A stretch of DNA of 64,000 bases. Source: an uncultured Desulfosarcina sp. (GTDB lineage: Bacteria; Desulfobacterota; Desulfobacteria; Desulfobacterales; Desulfosarcinaceae). Both the position numbers and the translations under genes were made by a program. The notes below the pieces were generated by a model. The model had not been told where the DNA came from, did no database searches, and saw only the letters and a program-made list of their open reading frames with translations. The stretch covers positions 1,664,001-1,728,000 of the forward strand of contig CAXXWQ010000003.1 in the NCBI GenBank assembly GCA_963674945.2. The letters run 5' to 3'. Shown here in pieces: positions 1 to 8,869 of the stretch (position 1 is its first letter; the number at the start of each line of letters is the position of its first letter).

Positions 1-2803
1 TGGTGATGGCCACATCCGATCGGCAATATTCCAGTATCTTTGCCATCTTACCCTCTTTCCACCATCGCAGTGCATCCAGACCATCCGCCGTTTTTCCGGC
101 GTTCAAGGTCACAGATGCCAGATGATCCAGGCTGAGGCGATACCCCAATCGATCCTTGACCTTCTCCAGAAGATCCAGGGTTGGTATCTTTCCGAAATCC
201 ACATCTGAATAGGCACTCAGCACCCGGTAATCGAAGCGTTTGATGTTGAATCCCACCACCAGGTCCAGTTGCCGAAGATGTTCAAGCAGCATGGGAACCT
301 GGCCCTCGACGAACTCGAAGAAACTGTTTGCACGAGAGTCGTAAAGGACGGCGCAACTGACCCCCATTCTTTCTGCCCGATGCCATCCCCCCACCTCCTG
401 GGCGGAGCGCTGCGTCTCGATGTCCAGCACGCCATAGTGCAGATCTGCAGTTGCCGGTGCAGCGCTTCGCGTCAATGAATCCGCCGGGTCATCCGAAGGT
501 TCAGGGGCCTGGGGATCAGCAAAGGGTGCAGACACGACAAGACTTTTGTCTGTCATCAGGCAGTGGAGCAGGAATATGGCCGCAGCCTTGTCGATGGGCC
601 GGTTGCCGGATCCGCATTTGGGCGAATGGACGCAGCTGGGACATCCGGTTTCACATGGGCATCCGGATATGGCCGAATGGGTTGCCGAAAACAGCTCTCG
701 TGCCTTTGAAAACGCCTGGGCGCAGAGTCCGGCGCCGCCGGGAATCCCGTCGTAGATGAAGATGGCGGCACCCGCCAATTGGGGATGAAAGGGGGTCGAA
801 ATTCCCCCCAGATCGTTGCGATCCGCCAGCACCAGCAACGGAAACACGCCGATCGCACCGTGCTCCACGGCGTGGAGCCCCCCCATCACGTGGAGCTGTC
901 GTTGACGGGCCAGGGCACAGGCCTCTTCGGGAACCGAAAACCAGATCCCCTGGGTTTCGAAGACCATGGGTGGCAAGTCCAGCTGCGTCCTGCCGATCAC
1001 CTTTCCGGTTCGGGTCTCGATGCGGTCGAAGCCGGTCACCTGCTCGGTCACCCGAAGTCGTCCCACGGCCATACGGGTTCGGAAAACCTCTTTTTGGTCC
1101 GTCACCGCGAGAATCTCGGTGTTTTTGTGAGACCGTACCCGGGTATGATAATGGACCCGAGACGGCGACACGTATGCCTTTTTCGTCTCCGGCGCCAGTC
1201 GGCTGACCCAAAATGTCCTGCCCCGGTGCAGGTAGATGGCACCGGGATGGACTTCACGAAAAGCGCGAAAACCGTCGATCTCCCCAAGCCTCCGGTCGTC
1301 GGTTTCATCAAGGATGGCAAACCGGGTGCCGGTCCCCCGAAGATCCACATGTCGATGGGGATTTTTCAACGGGGAGACGAATGTGGTGCCATCGGCAGTT
1401 AAAAACAGTTCTCCCGACGCCACCAGATGATTGATTTGCTCGATAACGGGTTTCGATGCGAAGATGGGATCGGTGACGGCAAGTGGCAGTTCCGCTGCGG
1501 CACAAACCAGGTGCCGGGACATGACATTCGGGTTATACGGATTGATCACGGCCGCCTCTGGTGGCCGCTGAACCAGCTGTTCCGGATTCTTGATAAAATA
1601 CTGATCCAGGGCATCTTCACCGGCAACCATCACCACCGCCGATTCCTGACCGTTTCGCCCCACCCGCCCGCTCCGCTGCAAGGTGGCGACGATGGATCCC
1701 GGATACCCGACCAGCAGGCACAAGTCCAGACTACCGATGTCGATGCCCAGTTCCAGTGCGCTGGTGGTGATCACGGCCAGCAGTTCGCCGGAGGCCAGTT
1801 TGGATTCGATCTCCCTTCGCTCTTCGGGCAAAAAACCGGCCCGGTATGCACTGATCCGAGACGCAAATTCACCTGCCCGGTTCTTGGCCCAGATTGCCAG
1901 AAGCTCGGTCAACTTGCGTGACTGCGTGTAAACGATGGTGCGAAGTCTCCTATGCAGGGCGGCCTTTAGCAGGGTCACCGTTGCCCGGAGGGCTCCGTCC
2001 ACAGGCTCCAACAGGACCCAATGACGCCGTCCCGCGCCTGCGGTGCTCCGGTCGACCGTCTCCACCGAAAGGCCGGTCAGTTGGTGTGCCAATTGGTCCG
2101 GGTTGGCCACGGTGGCCGAAGTAAAGACGAAGGTGGGCGTGGCGCCATAGTGGCGGCACATTCTAAGGAGCCGACGAAAGACCTGGGCCATGTGTGATCC
2201 CAGGATGCCGCGGTAGCTGTGTACCTCGTCCACGACCACATACCGGAGACGGCCCAAAAAATCGGCCCAGCGTTCGTGATGAGGCAAGATGGAAAGATGA
2301 ATCATCTCCGGATTGGTCATCAATATATTGGGCGGATTGTCCCGAATTTTTTTTCGACGATAGGAACTGGTGTCGCCATCGTATATCTCGGCCGTCGGTT
2401 CGATGTGGGGAAGATGGGCCGCCAAACGCAAAATGGTTTTCCGTTGGTCCTGGGCCAGGGCTTTCAGCGGATAGATCAGCAAGGCACAGGCCGATGGGTT
2501 GTCGATGATCGATTCAAATACCGGTAATGCATAGGTTAAGGTCTTGCCCGAAGCGGTTTGGGTGGCGACGACGGTGTGGGAGCCGGTACGAATCCGGTCC
2601 AAGGCCCGCACCTGGTGTTCATACAACCGGCCGATCCCGACAGCGTCCAACAAAAGCTGCAATGCCGGCGACCATGGTTTGCGGGGTACGCCGAATGTGG
2701 CAGCACCCGATTCGAGCACCCGGTGATCGACCACCTGCCCGCCCAACCCCCTGTCGGATGTGAGGGCGGCGATATATTCATTGACATTTTGTTCGTCGTT
2801 CAT
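1..2803 (-). CDS. DEAH-box helicase with DUF1998 Cys cluster (MrfA/YprA-like) fused to a C-terminal DEDD/RNase H-like exonuclease; 3' end outside window
   Basis: Manual translation of the minus strand from ATG at 2803 (MNDEQNVNEYIAAL) is open to the window edge. Motifs: TASGKT, YPLKALAQDQ, DEVH, TSAT, ALELGIDIG, QRSGRVGR, CPCETGCPSCVHSPKC, then LDIETQ, GFNIKRFD, YCRSD. Absent from the ORF track, probably because no stop lies in the window. Confidence 0.92.
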   Translation of the reverse strand, partial: MNDEQNVNEYIAALTSDRGLGGQVVDHRVLESGAATFGVPRKPWSPALQLLLDAVGIGRLYEHQVRALDRIRTGSHTVVATQTASGKTLTYALPVFESIIDNPSACALLIYPLKALAQDQRKTILRLAAHLPHIEPTAEIYDGDTSSYRRKKIRDNPPNILMTNPEMIHLSILPHHERWADFLGRLRYVVVDEVHSYRGILGSHMAQVFRRLLRMCRHYGATPTFVFTSATVANPDQLAHQLTGLSVETVDRSTAGAGRRHWVLLEPVDGALRATVTLLKAALHRRLRTIVYTQSRKLTELLAIWAKNRAGEFASRISAYRAGFLPEERREIESKLASGELLAVITTSALELGIDIGSLDLCLLVGYPGSIVATLQRSGRVGRNGQESAVVMVAGEDALDQYFIKNPEQLVQRPPEAAVINPYNPNVMSRHLVCAAAELPLAVTDPIFASKPVIEQINHLVASGELFLTADGTTFVSPLKNPHRHVDLRGTGTRFAILDETDDRRLGEIDGFRAFREVHPGAIYLHRGRTFWVSRLAPETKKAYVSPSRVHYHTRVRSHKNTEILAVTDQKEVFRTRMAVGRLRVTEQVTGFDRIETRTGKVIGRTQLDLPPMVFETQGIWFSVPEEACALARQRQLHVMGGLHAVEHGAIGVFPLLVLADRNDLGGISTPFHPQLAGAAIFIYDGIPGGAGLCAQAFSKARELFSATHSAISGCPCETGCPSCVHSPKCGSGNRPIDKAAAIFLLHCLMTDKSLVVSAPFADPQAPEPSDDPADSLTRSAAPATADLHYGVLDIETQRSAQEVGGWHRAERMGVSCAVLYDSRANSFFEFVEGQVPMLLEHLRQLDLVVGFNIKRFDYRVLSAYSDVDFGKIPTLDLLEKVKDRLGYRLSLDHLASVTLNAGKTADGLDALRWWKEGKMAKILEYCRSDVAIT

Positions 2804-3219
2804 GAACGCAAATCCAGACTGTCGCCGGCATGCTGCGCTTTTATGCGCAGTTTCACTTGAAAAAATGAAAAAATAAGCTATAGTTAGCTTGTTTAACTGC
2901 CAATAAACAATTTATACGGAACCGATAGACAGGAGTGGGAAATAACACTCGCTGAAATTACCCCCGTCCGTTTTCGCCCGGGGACACTATCGCATGACAC
3001 CATTTCCCAATTCAAGAGGAAGGCAAACGAGTTGGACGACCCTTTTTTAGCCGGCCACGGGTCCGGACCAATGGGTAATCATACCCGTACTCGAAGGTTA
3101 CACTATACATTTTGGCAAAGTATCCATCATTACCGCTGCCGCAAACGCCCTTTTTCAATCGATTGTATCCCAACTGACGACACACCAATTGAAAACACGA
3201 TAGATCGGGGAGTGGCGGG

Positions 3220-4449
3220 ATGATGACGAATCAAATTGTCCTTCTGCTCATCCTTCTCTTTCTGTCCGGTTTTTTTTCATCGGCGGAAACGGCCCTCTTT
3301 TCCATCAGTCAGACCCGAGCAAGACATCTGGCAAAAGAAAAAATCCGGTCGCACCAATTGATCAAACGGATGAAAGACGATCCCCACAAACTTCTGACAA
3401 CTATCCTGATCGGAAACAATGTCGTCAACGTGGCCGCATCGGCCATCGCCACCTCCTTGACCATCCAATGGTCGGCCAGTTACGCGGTCGGTGTTTCGAC
3501 GGGCATCATGACATTTCTGATTCTCGTCTTCGGTGAAGTCATCCCCAAGTCCTTTGCCACCCGGAACAACATCCTCATGGCAAAACTGACGATTTTTCCT
3601 ATCTATTGGCTGTCCATCATTTTCTACCCGATCATCCTGTTTCTCAACTTCATTCCCCGAATTACCGGAAGAATGAGCAAGACGCCTTCTGCCACCGAGG
3701 AAGAGCTGATCACCTTCGTTGAAGTGGTGGAGGAGCAGGGAGAGATCAAGGAAGAAGAAAGGGAGATGATCCACAATGTCTTCGAACTGGACGATACCAG
3801 CGCATCGGAGATCCTGACCCCAAGGGCCGACATGTTCGCGGTGGATGCCGATGCCCCCCTGAATTTGAAGGCCATCGCCGAATCCGGTTTCACCCGAATT
3901 CCCGTCATAGAAGGTGACATGGATCACATCGTGGGGATTTTGAACATCAAAGACATCTTCATGCATCAGGCCAAATCAGATAAGCCGGTGGATGTTCGTG
4001 CCATCATGCGCCCGCCCTACTTCGTTCCGGAAAACAAAAAACTGGACAGCCTTCTTCATCAGTTCAAGGCGCGAAAGGACCACATCGCCATTGTGGTGGA
4101 TGAACATGGAGGGGTCTCCGGACTAATCACCATGGAGGATGCCTTGGAGGAACTGGTGGGCGATATCCGGGATGAGACGGACAAGGAAGAGCCCCACATC
4201 ATCGCCCGAAAACCCAAGGAGTGGTTGGTACTCGGCAAGTCGGATATCGAAGAGGTAAATGAAAAAATCGGGATGAAAATTCCCGAGTCCAAAGAGTACG
4301 ATACCTTCTCCGGATTCATCCTGGATCGAATCGGCAGGATTCCCGAAGAGGACGAAACCTTCACCATCGACGGCCACAAGGTCGTCGTCATGGAGATGGA
4401 CGGGAATCGGATCAAGCGATATCTGGTGCAGGCGATTACCACCCCATAG
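3220..4449 (+). CDS. Hemolysin/CNNM family protein (DUF21 + 2 CBS + CorC domain)
   Basis: SGFFSSAETA, FGEVIPK, FTRIPV, VVDEHGG..GLITMED and YDTFSGF motifs. Confidence 0.93.
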   Translation: MMTNQIVLLLILLFLSGFFSSAETALFSISQTRARHLAKEKIRSHQLIKRMKDDPHKLLTTILIGNNVVNVAASAIATSLTIQWSASYAVGVSTGIMTFLILVFGEVIPKSFATRNNILMAKLTIFPIYWLSIIFYPIILFLNFIPRITGRMSKTPSATEEELITFVEVVEEQGEIKEEEREMIHNVFELDDTSASEILTPRADMFAVDADAPLNLKAIAESGFTRIPVIEGDMDHIVGILNIKDIFMHQAKSDKPVDVRAIMRPPYFVPENKKLDSLLHQFKARKDHIAIVVDEHGGVSGLITMEDALEELVGDIRDETDKEEPHIIARKPKEWLVLGKSDIEEVNEKIGMKIPESKEYDTFSGFILDRIGRIPEEDETFTIDGHKVVVMEMDGNRIKRYLVQAITTP

Positions 4450-4475
4450 AATATATCTTTTCCGCGGGCATTTTT

Positions 4476-4623
4476 TAGAATCCTATCTCAAAGATAGGAT
4501 TCCGGTTCAAAATCAAGGCGGATCCGCGTTTCAAACCGCAAGCATAGTTAAAGTATGTTGAAGATTTGAAACGCGGATCCAACACAGATATTGGACTGGA
4601 AGACATTTTTGAGATGGATTCTA
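4476..4623. repeat. 148-bp MITE/ERIC-like element with terminal and internal inverted repeats
   Basis: Ends TAGAATCCTATCTCAAA / TTTGAGATGGATTCTA (IR with one indel, TA termini). Perfect 16-bp internal IR at 4520-4535 / 4565-4580. Confidence 0.75.
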
Positions 4624-5181
4624 CTTGACGCGCTCTACATATTGCCCCGTGCGCGTGTCAATACGGATCTTTTCTCCTTGGTTGACAAAAGGCGGCACCT
4701 GAACCACATGGCCGGTTTCCAGAGTGGCGGGTTTGGTGGAGCCGGCGGCAGTATCCCCCTTTGCCCAGGGCTCGGCTTCGGTGATGGTGAGTTCCACGAA
4801 GTTGGGAAGGGAAACGCCCAGGGCTCTTTTTTCAAACATCAAGACGTTGCAGACGGTATTCTCCTTGAGAAAGGCCTTGGCATCCCCGAGTTGCTCTTCG
4901 GTTAAAAATTCCTGCTCATAGTTAGAGGAGTTCATGAAACAATAGGCGTCACCATCGAAGTAGAGATACTCCATTTCAATCTCTTCCATGTTGGCTTCTT
5001 TGAATTTCTCACCGGACCGATAGGTTTTATCGAACTGTGCGCCGGATATCATGTTTTTCAGGCGGCATTTGTAAAGCGCCTGTCCCTTTCCGGGTTTGAC
5101 GAACTCGAACTGAACGATCACATACGGATCGCCGTCGATCTCTATTTTCAGGCCTTTGCGTAAATCACTACTCTCATACAT
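4621..5181 (-). CDS. efp: Elongation factor P
   Basis: MYESSDLRKG start after AAGGAG, VKPGKG loop, KPATLETG, IDTRTGQYVER; 186 aa. The ORF-track start at 5250 is over-extended. Confidence 0.97.
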   Translation of the reverse strand: MYESSDLRKGLKIEIDGDPYVIVQFEFVKPGKGQALYKCRLKNMISGAQFDKTYRSGEKFKEANMEEIEMEYLYFDGDAYCFMNSSNYEQEFLTEEQLGDAKAFLKENTVCNVLMFEKRALGVSLPNFVELTITEAEPWAKGDTAAGSTKPATLETGHVVQVPPFVNQGEKIRIDTRTGQYVERVK

Positions 5182-5199
5182 GGGACGTCTCCTTATGTT

Positions 5200-5319
5200 G
5201 ACGGCTTCGTAAAAAGCTTTTCCAGGCCAAATACGGCCAAACAATCGCATGCAAGATACTCGTTATTATTTTCTTTGCCGATAGACGGAAACGAGGGAAA
5301 AACTTTTTATAAGAAAGTC
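5200..5319. repeat. Degenerate copy of the GACGGCTTCGTAAAAAG-ended repeat
   Basis: Left end GACGGCTTCGTAAAAAG at 5200-5216 matches the terminus of the 55627 element. Decayed right end CTTTTTATAAGAAAGTC. Confidence 0.45.
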
Positions 5320-5334
5320 CTTAATTATTTGTAA

Positions 5335-6093
5335 TCATTTTCCATCGGCCAGGCGGGCTTGCTTCACCAACGCCTTTACCCGGGCAAGGTCTTTTTTAAA
5401 GCGTATGGGGCGACCATTGTCATCGACTGCGTTTGTCAATGTGCAACTGTCTACCCCGAAGGGGCGAACCCGTCGAATCCCATCGCCGACATTTTCCGGT
5501 GAAATGCCACCAGCCAGAATCACCGGGATCCGGCTTTGGCCGACCAATCCGGCGGCGACCTGCCAATCGCATGTAACCCCCGTGATGCCGACAAATCCAG
5601 TTACCGGTTGGTCGGCATCTTTCTTCTCCGATTGCCCCCTTATAATCGTATCCGTCAAAAAGAAATCGGATACCGGCTCCAGCTGGCGCGCCAATTCCAG
5701 AACAGTGTCGCCGTTTTCATCGGGAGCCTGTCCGATCGGAATCGAACGCATGATTTGAATGTCTGGAAAATGGCTTCTCACCGATTCCTGCAACGAGAGT
5801 GCCGCATCGATCCCAAGGCCGTTTCCGTCTTGTAATGTGTCGCAAAAATGTACGATATGGGGGCGATAATAGTCCAATGTGTCGAATATGGCGTCCAGAT
5901 CCGTATAAAGGGGAATCAGGCTGCTGACGGCACCCAACCGATGCACGGTCGAAATGGTTTCCCGGATGATCGGGTCATGCCGATGATCCAACGCCGCAAT
6001 AACACTGCCGATGTGCTTCACACCAAGTGAAATCAGAGCCTTGGCTTCCGTTGGCGTCTGAATTTCATATATCTGAACGATGGTCTTGGACAT
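5335..6093 (-). CDS. Phosphoribosylanthranilate isomerase-like TIM-barrel protein (TrpF-like, atypical N-terminus)
   Basis: FLTDT, GITG..CDW, VILAGGISPENV, RPFGVDS, KDLARVK. ATG at 6093 after GAGGAAA. Confidence 0.75.
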   Translation of the reverse strand: MSKTIVQIYEIQTPTEAKALISLGVKHIGSVIAALDHRHDPIIRETISTVHRLGAVSSLIPLYTDLDAIFDTLDYYRPHIVHFCDTLQDGNGLGIDAALSLQESVRSHFPDIQIMRSIPIGQAPDENGDTVLELARQLEPVSDFFLTDTIIRGQSEKKDADQPVTGFVGITGVTCDWQVAAGLVGQSRIPVILAGGISPENVGDGIRRVRPFGVDSCTLTNAVDDNGRPIRFKKDLARVKALVKQARLADGK

Positions 6094-6457
6094 TTTCCTC
6101 TTGTCCCTCGTCAACAGCCGTTCGCGATTGCATTATCTCCTAAAAAGCTTTTCCAGGTCATTGATGGCCAAACAGTATTGCGAAAAAAGCGCATTCCTTC
6201 ATTATTATGTCGATAGGCTAAAATGGGAAAAGCTCTTTGTACCGGTGGCCGTGTCTATCACATTCACGACCTTTATGACAAGGCCCCTTTTCCATAAATA
6301 CCGTACAATTGGATCGGATCAGGGGATCTTCTCCAGGCCTTCCGGGTGTACACACAAGGTTCGAAGATAAATTGGAAACCGGAAAAACCGCCTCGATCAA
6401 CAAGGAACCGTTTCGTCCCCTTGACCACATCGTTGTCTTGGAGTAAACCACTTCCTT

Positions 6458-6474
6458 GACGGTTTCGTAAAAAG
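6458..6474. repeat. Solo end of the same repeat family (GACGGTTTCGTAAAAAG)
   Basis: 16/17 match to the terminus at 5200-5216. Confidence 0.45.
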
Positions 6475-6509
6475 GTCATGCGATTCTACGGGAAACGGAC
6501 GGATATACC

Positions 6510-7034
6510 ATGATTATCGAAGTAAATGGGAAAAGACCGAAAATCGGCCGGGATGTCTACGTCGCACCAACCGCCGTTATCATCGGTGACGTTGTCATCG
6601 AAGACAATGCCAGCGTCTGGTTCGGTGCCGTGATCCGCGGAGACGAAGGCAGGATCGTCATCGGAGCGCGCACCAACGTGCAGGACAACACGGTCATCCA
6701 CGTGAATTCAAAATACGATACACTTATCGAAAGCGATGTGACCATCGGCCATGGCGTGGTCATGGAGGGATGTTATATTGAAAAGGGGGTTCTGATCGGC
6801 ATGAATGCAACGGTGTTGACGGGTTCGAACATCGGGGAGGGTGCATTTATCGCGGCGGGATCCGTCATCCGGGAAAAGCAGGAGATTCCGTCCCACCATC
6901 TGGCGGCCGGCGTGCCGGCAAAAGTGATTCGACCGATTTCCGAATCGCTTCGTTCGAAGCTGGTCCATGCGCCCGAGGCCTATATGAAATACAACAGGGC
7001 GTATGCCGGCAGCGCCATAATCATATCACAGTAG
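6510..7034 (+). CDS. Gamma carbonic anhydrase family protein (YrdA/CaiE-like)
   Basis: Hexapeptide repeats, VWFGAVIRGD, NVQDNTVIH, TIGH, GVPAK. Confidence 0.92.
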   Translation: MIIEVNGKRPKIGRDVYVAPTAVIIGDVVIEDNASVWFGAVIRGDEGRIVIGARTNVQDNTVIHVNSKYDTLIESDVTIGHGVVMEGCYIEKGVLIGMNATVLTGSNIGEGAFIAAGSVIREKQEIPSHHLAAGVPAKVIRPISESLRSKLVHAPEAYMKYNRAYAGSAIIISQ

Positions 7035-7107
7035 CAGAACGAATAATTTTCGTGTCTCTCATCCGTTATGCTTTAGGTGAAGAAATTTACTTCTCTAACG
7101 ATTTTTA

Positions 7108-8787
7108 TTAGTTTACACTTCGCCTTTTGATATCTTTGTTACCATATAGTTCTACAAGCCCATTTGGAGATTCATATATCAGGTCATAGCCATCTTCCAA
7201 TTGTTTATAAATCATTATGAGGTTTTTGTCGTTTTGTTGGGTTCTTTTGCCAAGCCACATGGATACATAATCAACAGTCCCTCCGGTACGATCGAAATAA
7301 TCGATGAAATTTGCGGGTGGTGGTTCTGTCTCACATTCAAGAAGTCCTATATGCAGGTATGGATTTTTTTCGGGTCGAAACACAAAAGGGAAATACCCAA
7401 TGCCTGCTTCGTAATTTCGAAAAGCCATTGCACCGGAGATCTCTGCTACGTAGTTTGAAACATGGAGAAAAGGTTTTACCCTGTTTTTGTAAGACATTTC
7501 CCATTCACCACCACAACTATCCAAAGAAAGTAACGTTGTATTGGGTTCGATATAATTCGAAACAGATAAGTACTCGTCAATATATAAGTTTATTTTATTA
7601 TAAGCTGAGACATTTGTAAAAATTAGAAAAACAGAAACGACAACCGCTGCAAAATGAACAACGTTCTTCATCACCTTGGAAAAGGCCTGGGATCCGAACC
7701 ATAAAAAAGCCATAAAAAACACATAATAGCTTACTCTCATATCCATAAATCCACCGCCAGACAATCCATTTTCACTTACCATAACGGGTTCCGGTACGAT
7801 CAAATAGAAAACAAAACATACGAAGGAAGCCAATAATAAAGAATCGGTCCGATCTATCTTATTTTTTTCCAATTTCTTGAATAGGAAAAAAAAGGATGCG
7901 CCAAAGATAGAAAATAGATAGAACGATTCTATCCACAGCTCCTTCCAGCTATATGATACCATCGGCATCATATGAATTAAATTATACAATCGAACATAGA
8001 AATCGTTCCCGGACTGACTTTCAGTTTCACGAGATAAAAGAAAAAAGGCGGCAATTAATATGGATGGAAGAAACGCTATAAACGTTCGAAATAAATTGTG
8101 GCAAAAAAAATGTTTTATTTTTTCTATAAGATCTCGCCCTTTACTGCCTTGATTAAAGATTTCGATAACACTGCTGCCGATTAGAGTCGTCCCAATTGCT
8201 AAGGTTACGACACCTAACGAAACAACATGATTAAAATAAAGAAGGGTGGTAAGGATGCTTAATACAACTATCCTTTTTATTCTCAAGTCTTCATAGTAGC
8301 GTATCCAATATCCAAAAACAAATAGTCCAATAGACAGGCTAAGTGAAAAAGAATAAAATCCCATGTGTAACAAATAATTGTAAACAAATGGAAAGAAAAG
8401 AACCGCCATGCATTTTGATTCTGTCTTTATTCCACCAAGCGCATATCTTGCACTGATAGGCAACAATATTACGTAAATACCTACCAGTATCTTCTCGGCA
8501 ATGATCGCAGGAAAAACTAACATTAAAATTGCCAAAACGATATGGCCAAACCATGTTGGATCAAATTTTGTATTTATTTTGAGATATTCAGGAAAAATAC
8601 TGTGAGAAGAATCATGAAATGAAAGAATAAGACTTGAGTTGTACGCATGGGCCGGACCATCTTGAGATGGAAAGTATTTGAAATTAAATAAAGGAAATAA
8701 AAAAAATAAAATCAGTGAATAGAAGATAATTTGTTCTTTGTGAATCCATAGTCTTTCAAAATGGGGTATTTTCATATATTTCAGCAA
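7108..8787 (-). CDS. Polytopic membrane protein, GT-C-like (putative)
   Basis: Many hydrophobic segments, first-loop motif SQDGPAH, soluble C-terminal domain; last gene of the polysaccharide locus. Confidence 0.6.
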   Translation of the reverse strand: MLKYMKIPHFERLWIHKEQIIFYSLILFFLFPLFNFKYFPSQDGPAHAYNSSLILSFHDSSHSIFPEYLKINTKFDPTWFGHIVLAILMLVFPAIIAEKILVGIYVILLPISARYALGGIKTESKCMAVLFFPFVYNYLLHMGFYSFSLSLSIGLFVFGYWIRYYEDLRIKRIVVLSILTTLLYFNHVVSLGVVTLAIGTTLIGSSVIEIFNQGSKGRDLIEKIKHFFCHNLFRTFIAFLPSILIAAFFLLSRETESQSGNDFYVRLYNLIHMMPMVSYSWKELWIESFYLFSIFGASFFFLFKKLEKNKIDRTDSLLLASFVCFVFYLIVPEPVMVSENGLSGGGFMDMRVSYYVFFMAFLWFGSQAFSKVMKNVVHFAAVVVSVFLIFTNVSAYNKINLYIDEYLSVSNYIEPNTTLLSLDSCGGEWEMSYKNRVKPFLHVSNYVAEISGAMAFRNYEAGIGYFPFVFRPEKNPYLHIGLLECETEPPPANFIDYFDRTGGTVDYVSMWLGKRTQQNDKNLIMIYKQLEDGYDLIYESPNGLVELYGNKDIKRRSVN

Positions 8788-8869
8788 TAAATAGGCATGA
8801 TTTTCCGGAAGGAAAAAAGTATGAAAAAAATGGTGAAACTAATGATGAATTGAAAGTGCTTTATCTCAA

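Noticed and set aside
217..2860. Many short ORFs in the track, suggesting a fragmented or non-coding region
   Set aside because: All are shadows of the single uninterrupted minus-strand helicase frame; not a pseudogene.
6218..6451. 77-aa Cys/His-containing ORF
   Set aside because: No recognisable motif or convincing RBS; the region contains repeat remnants.
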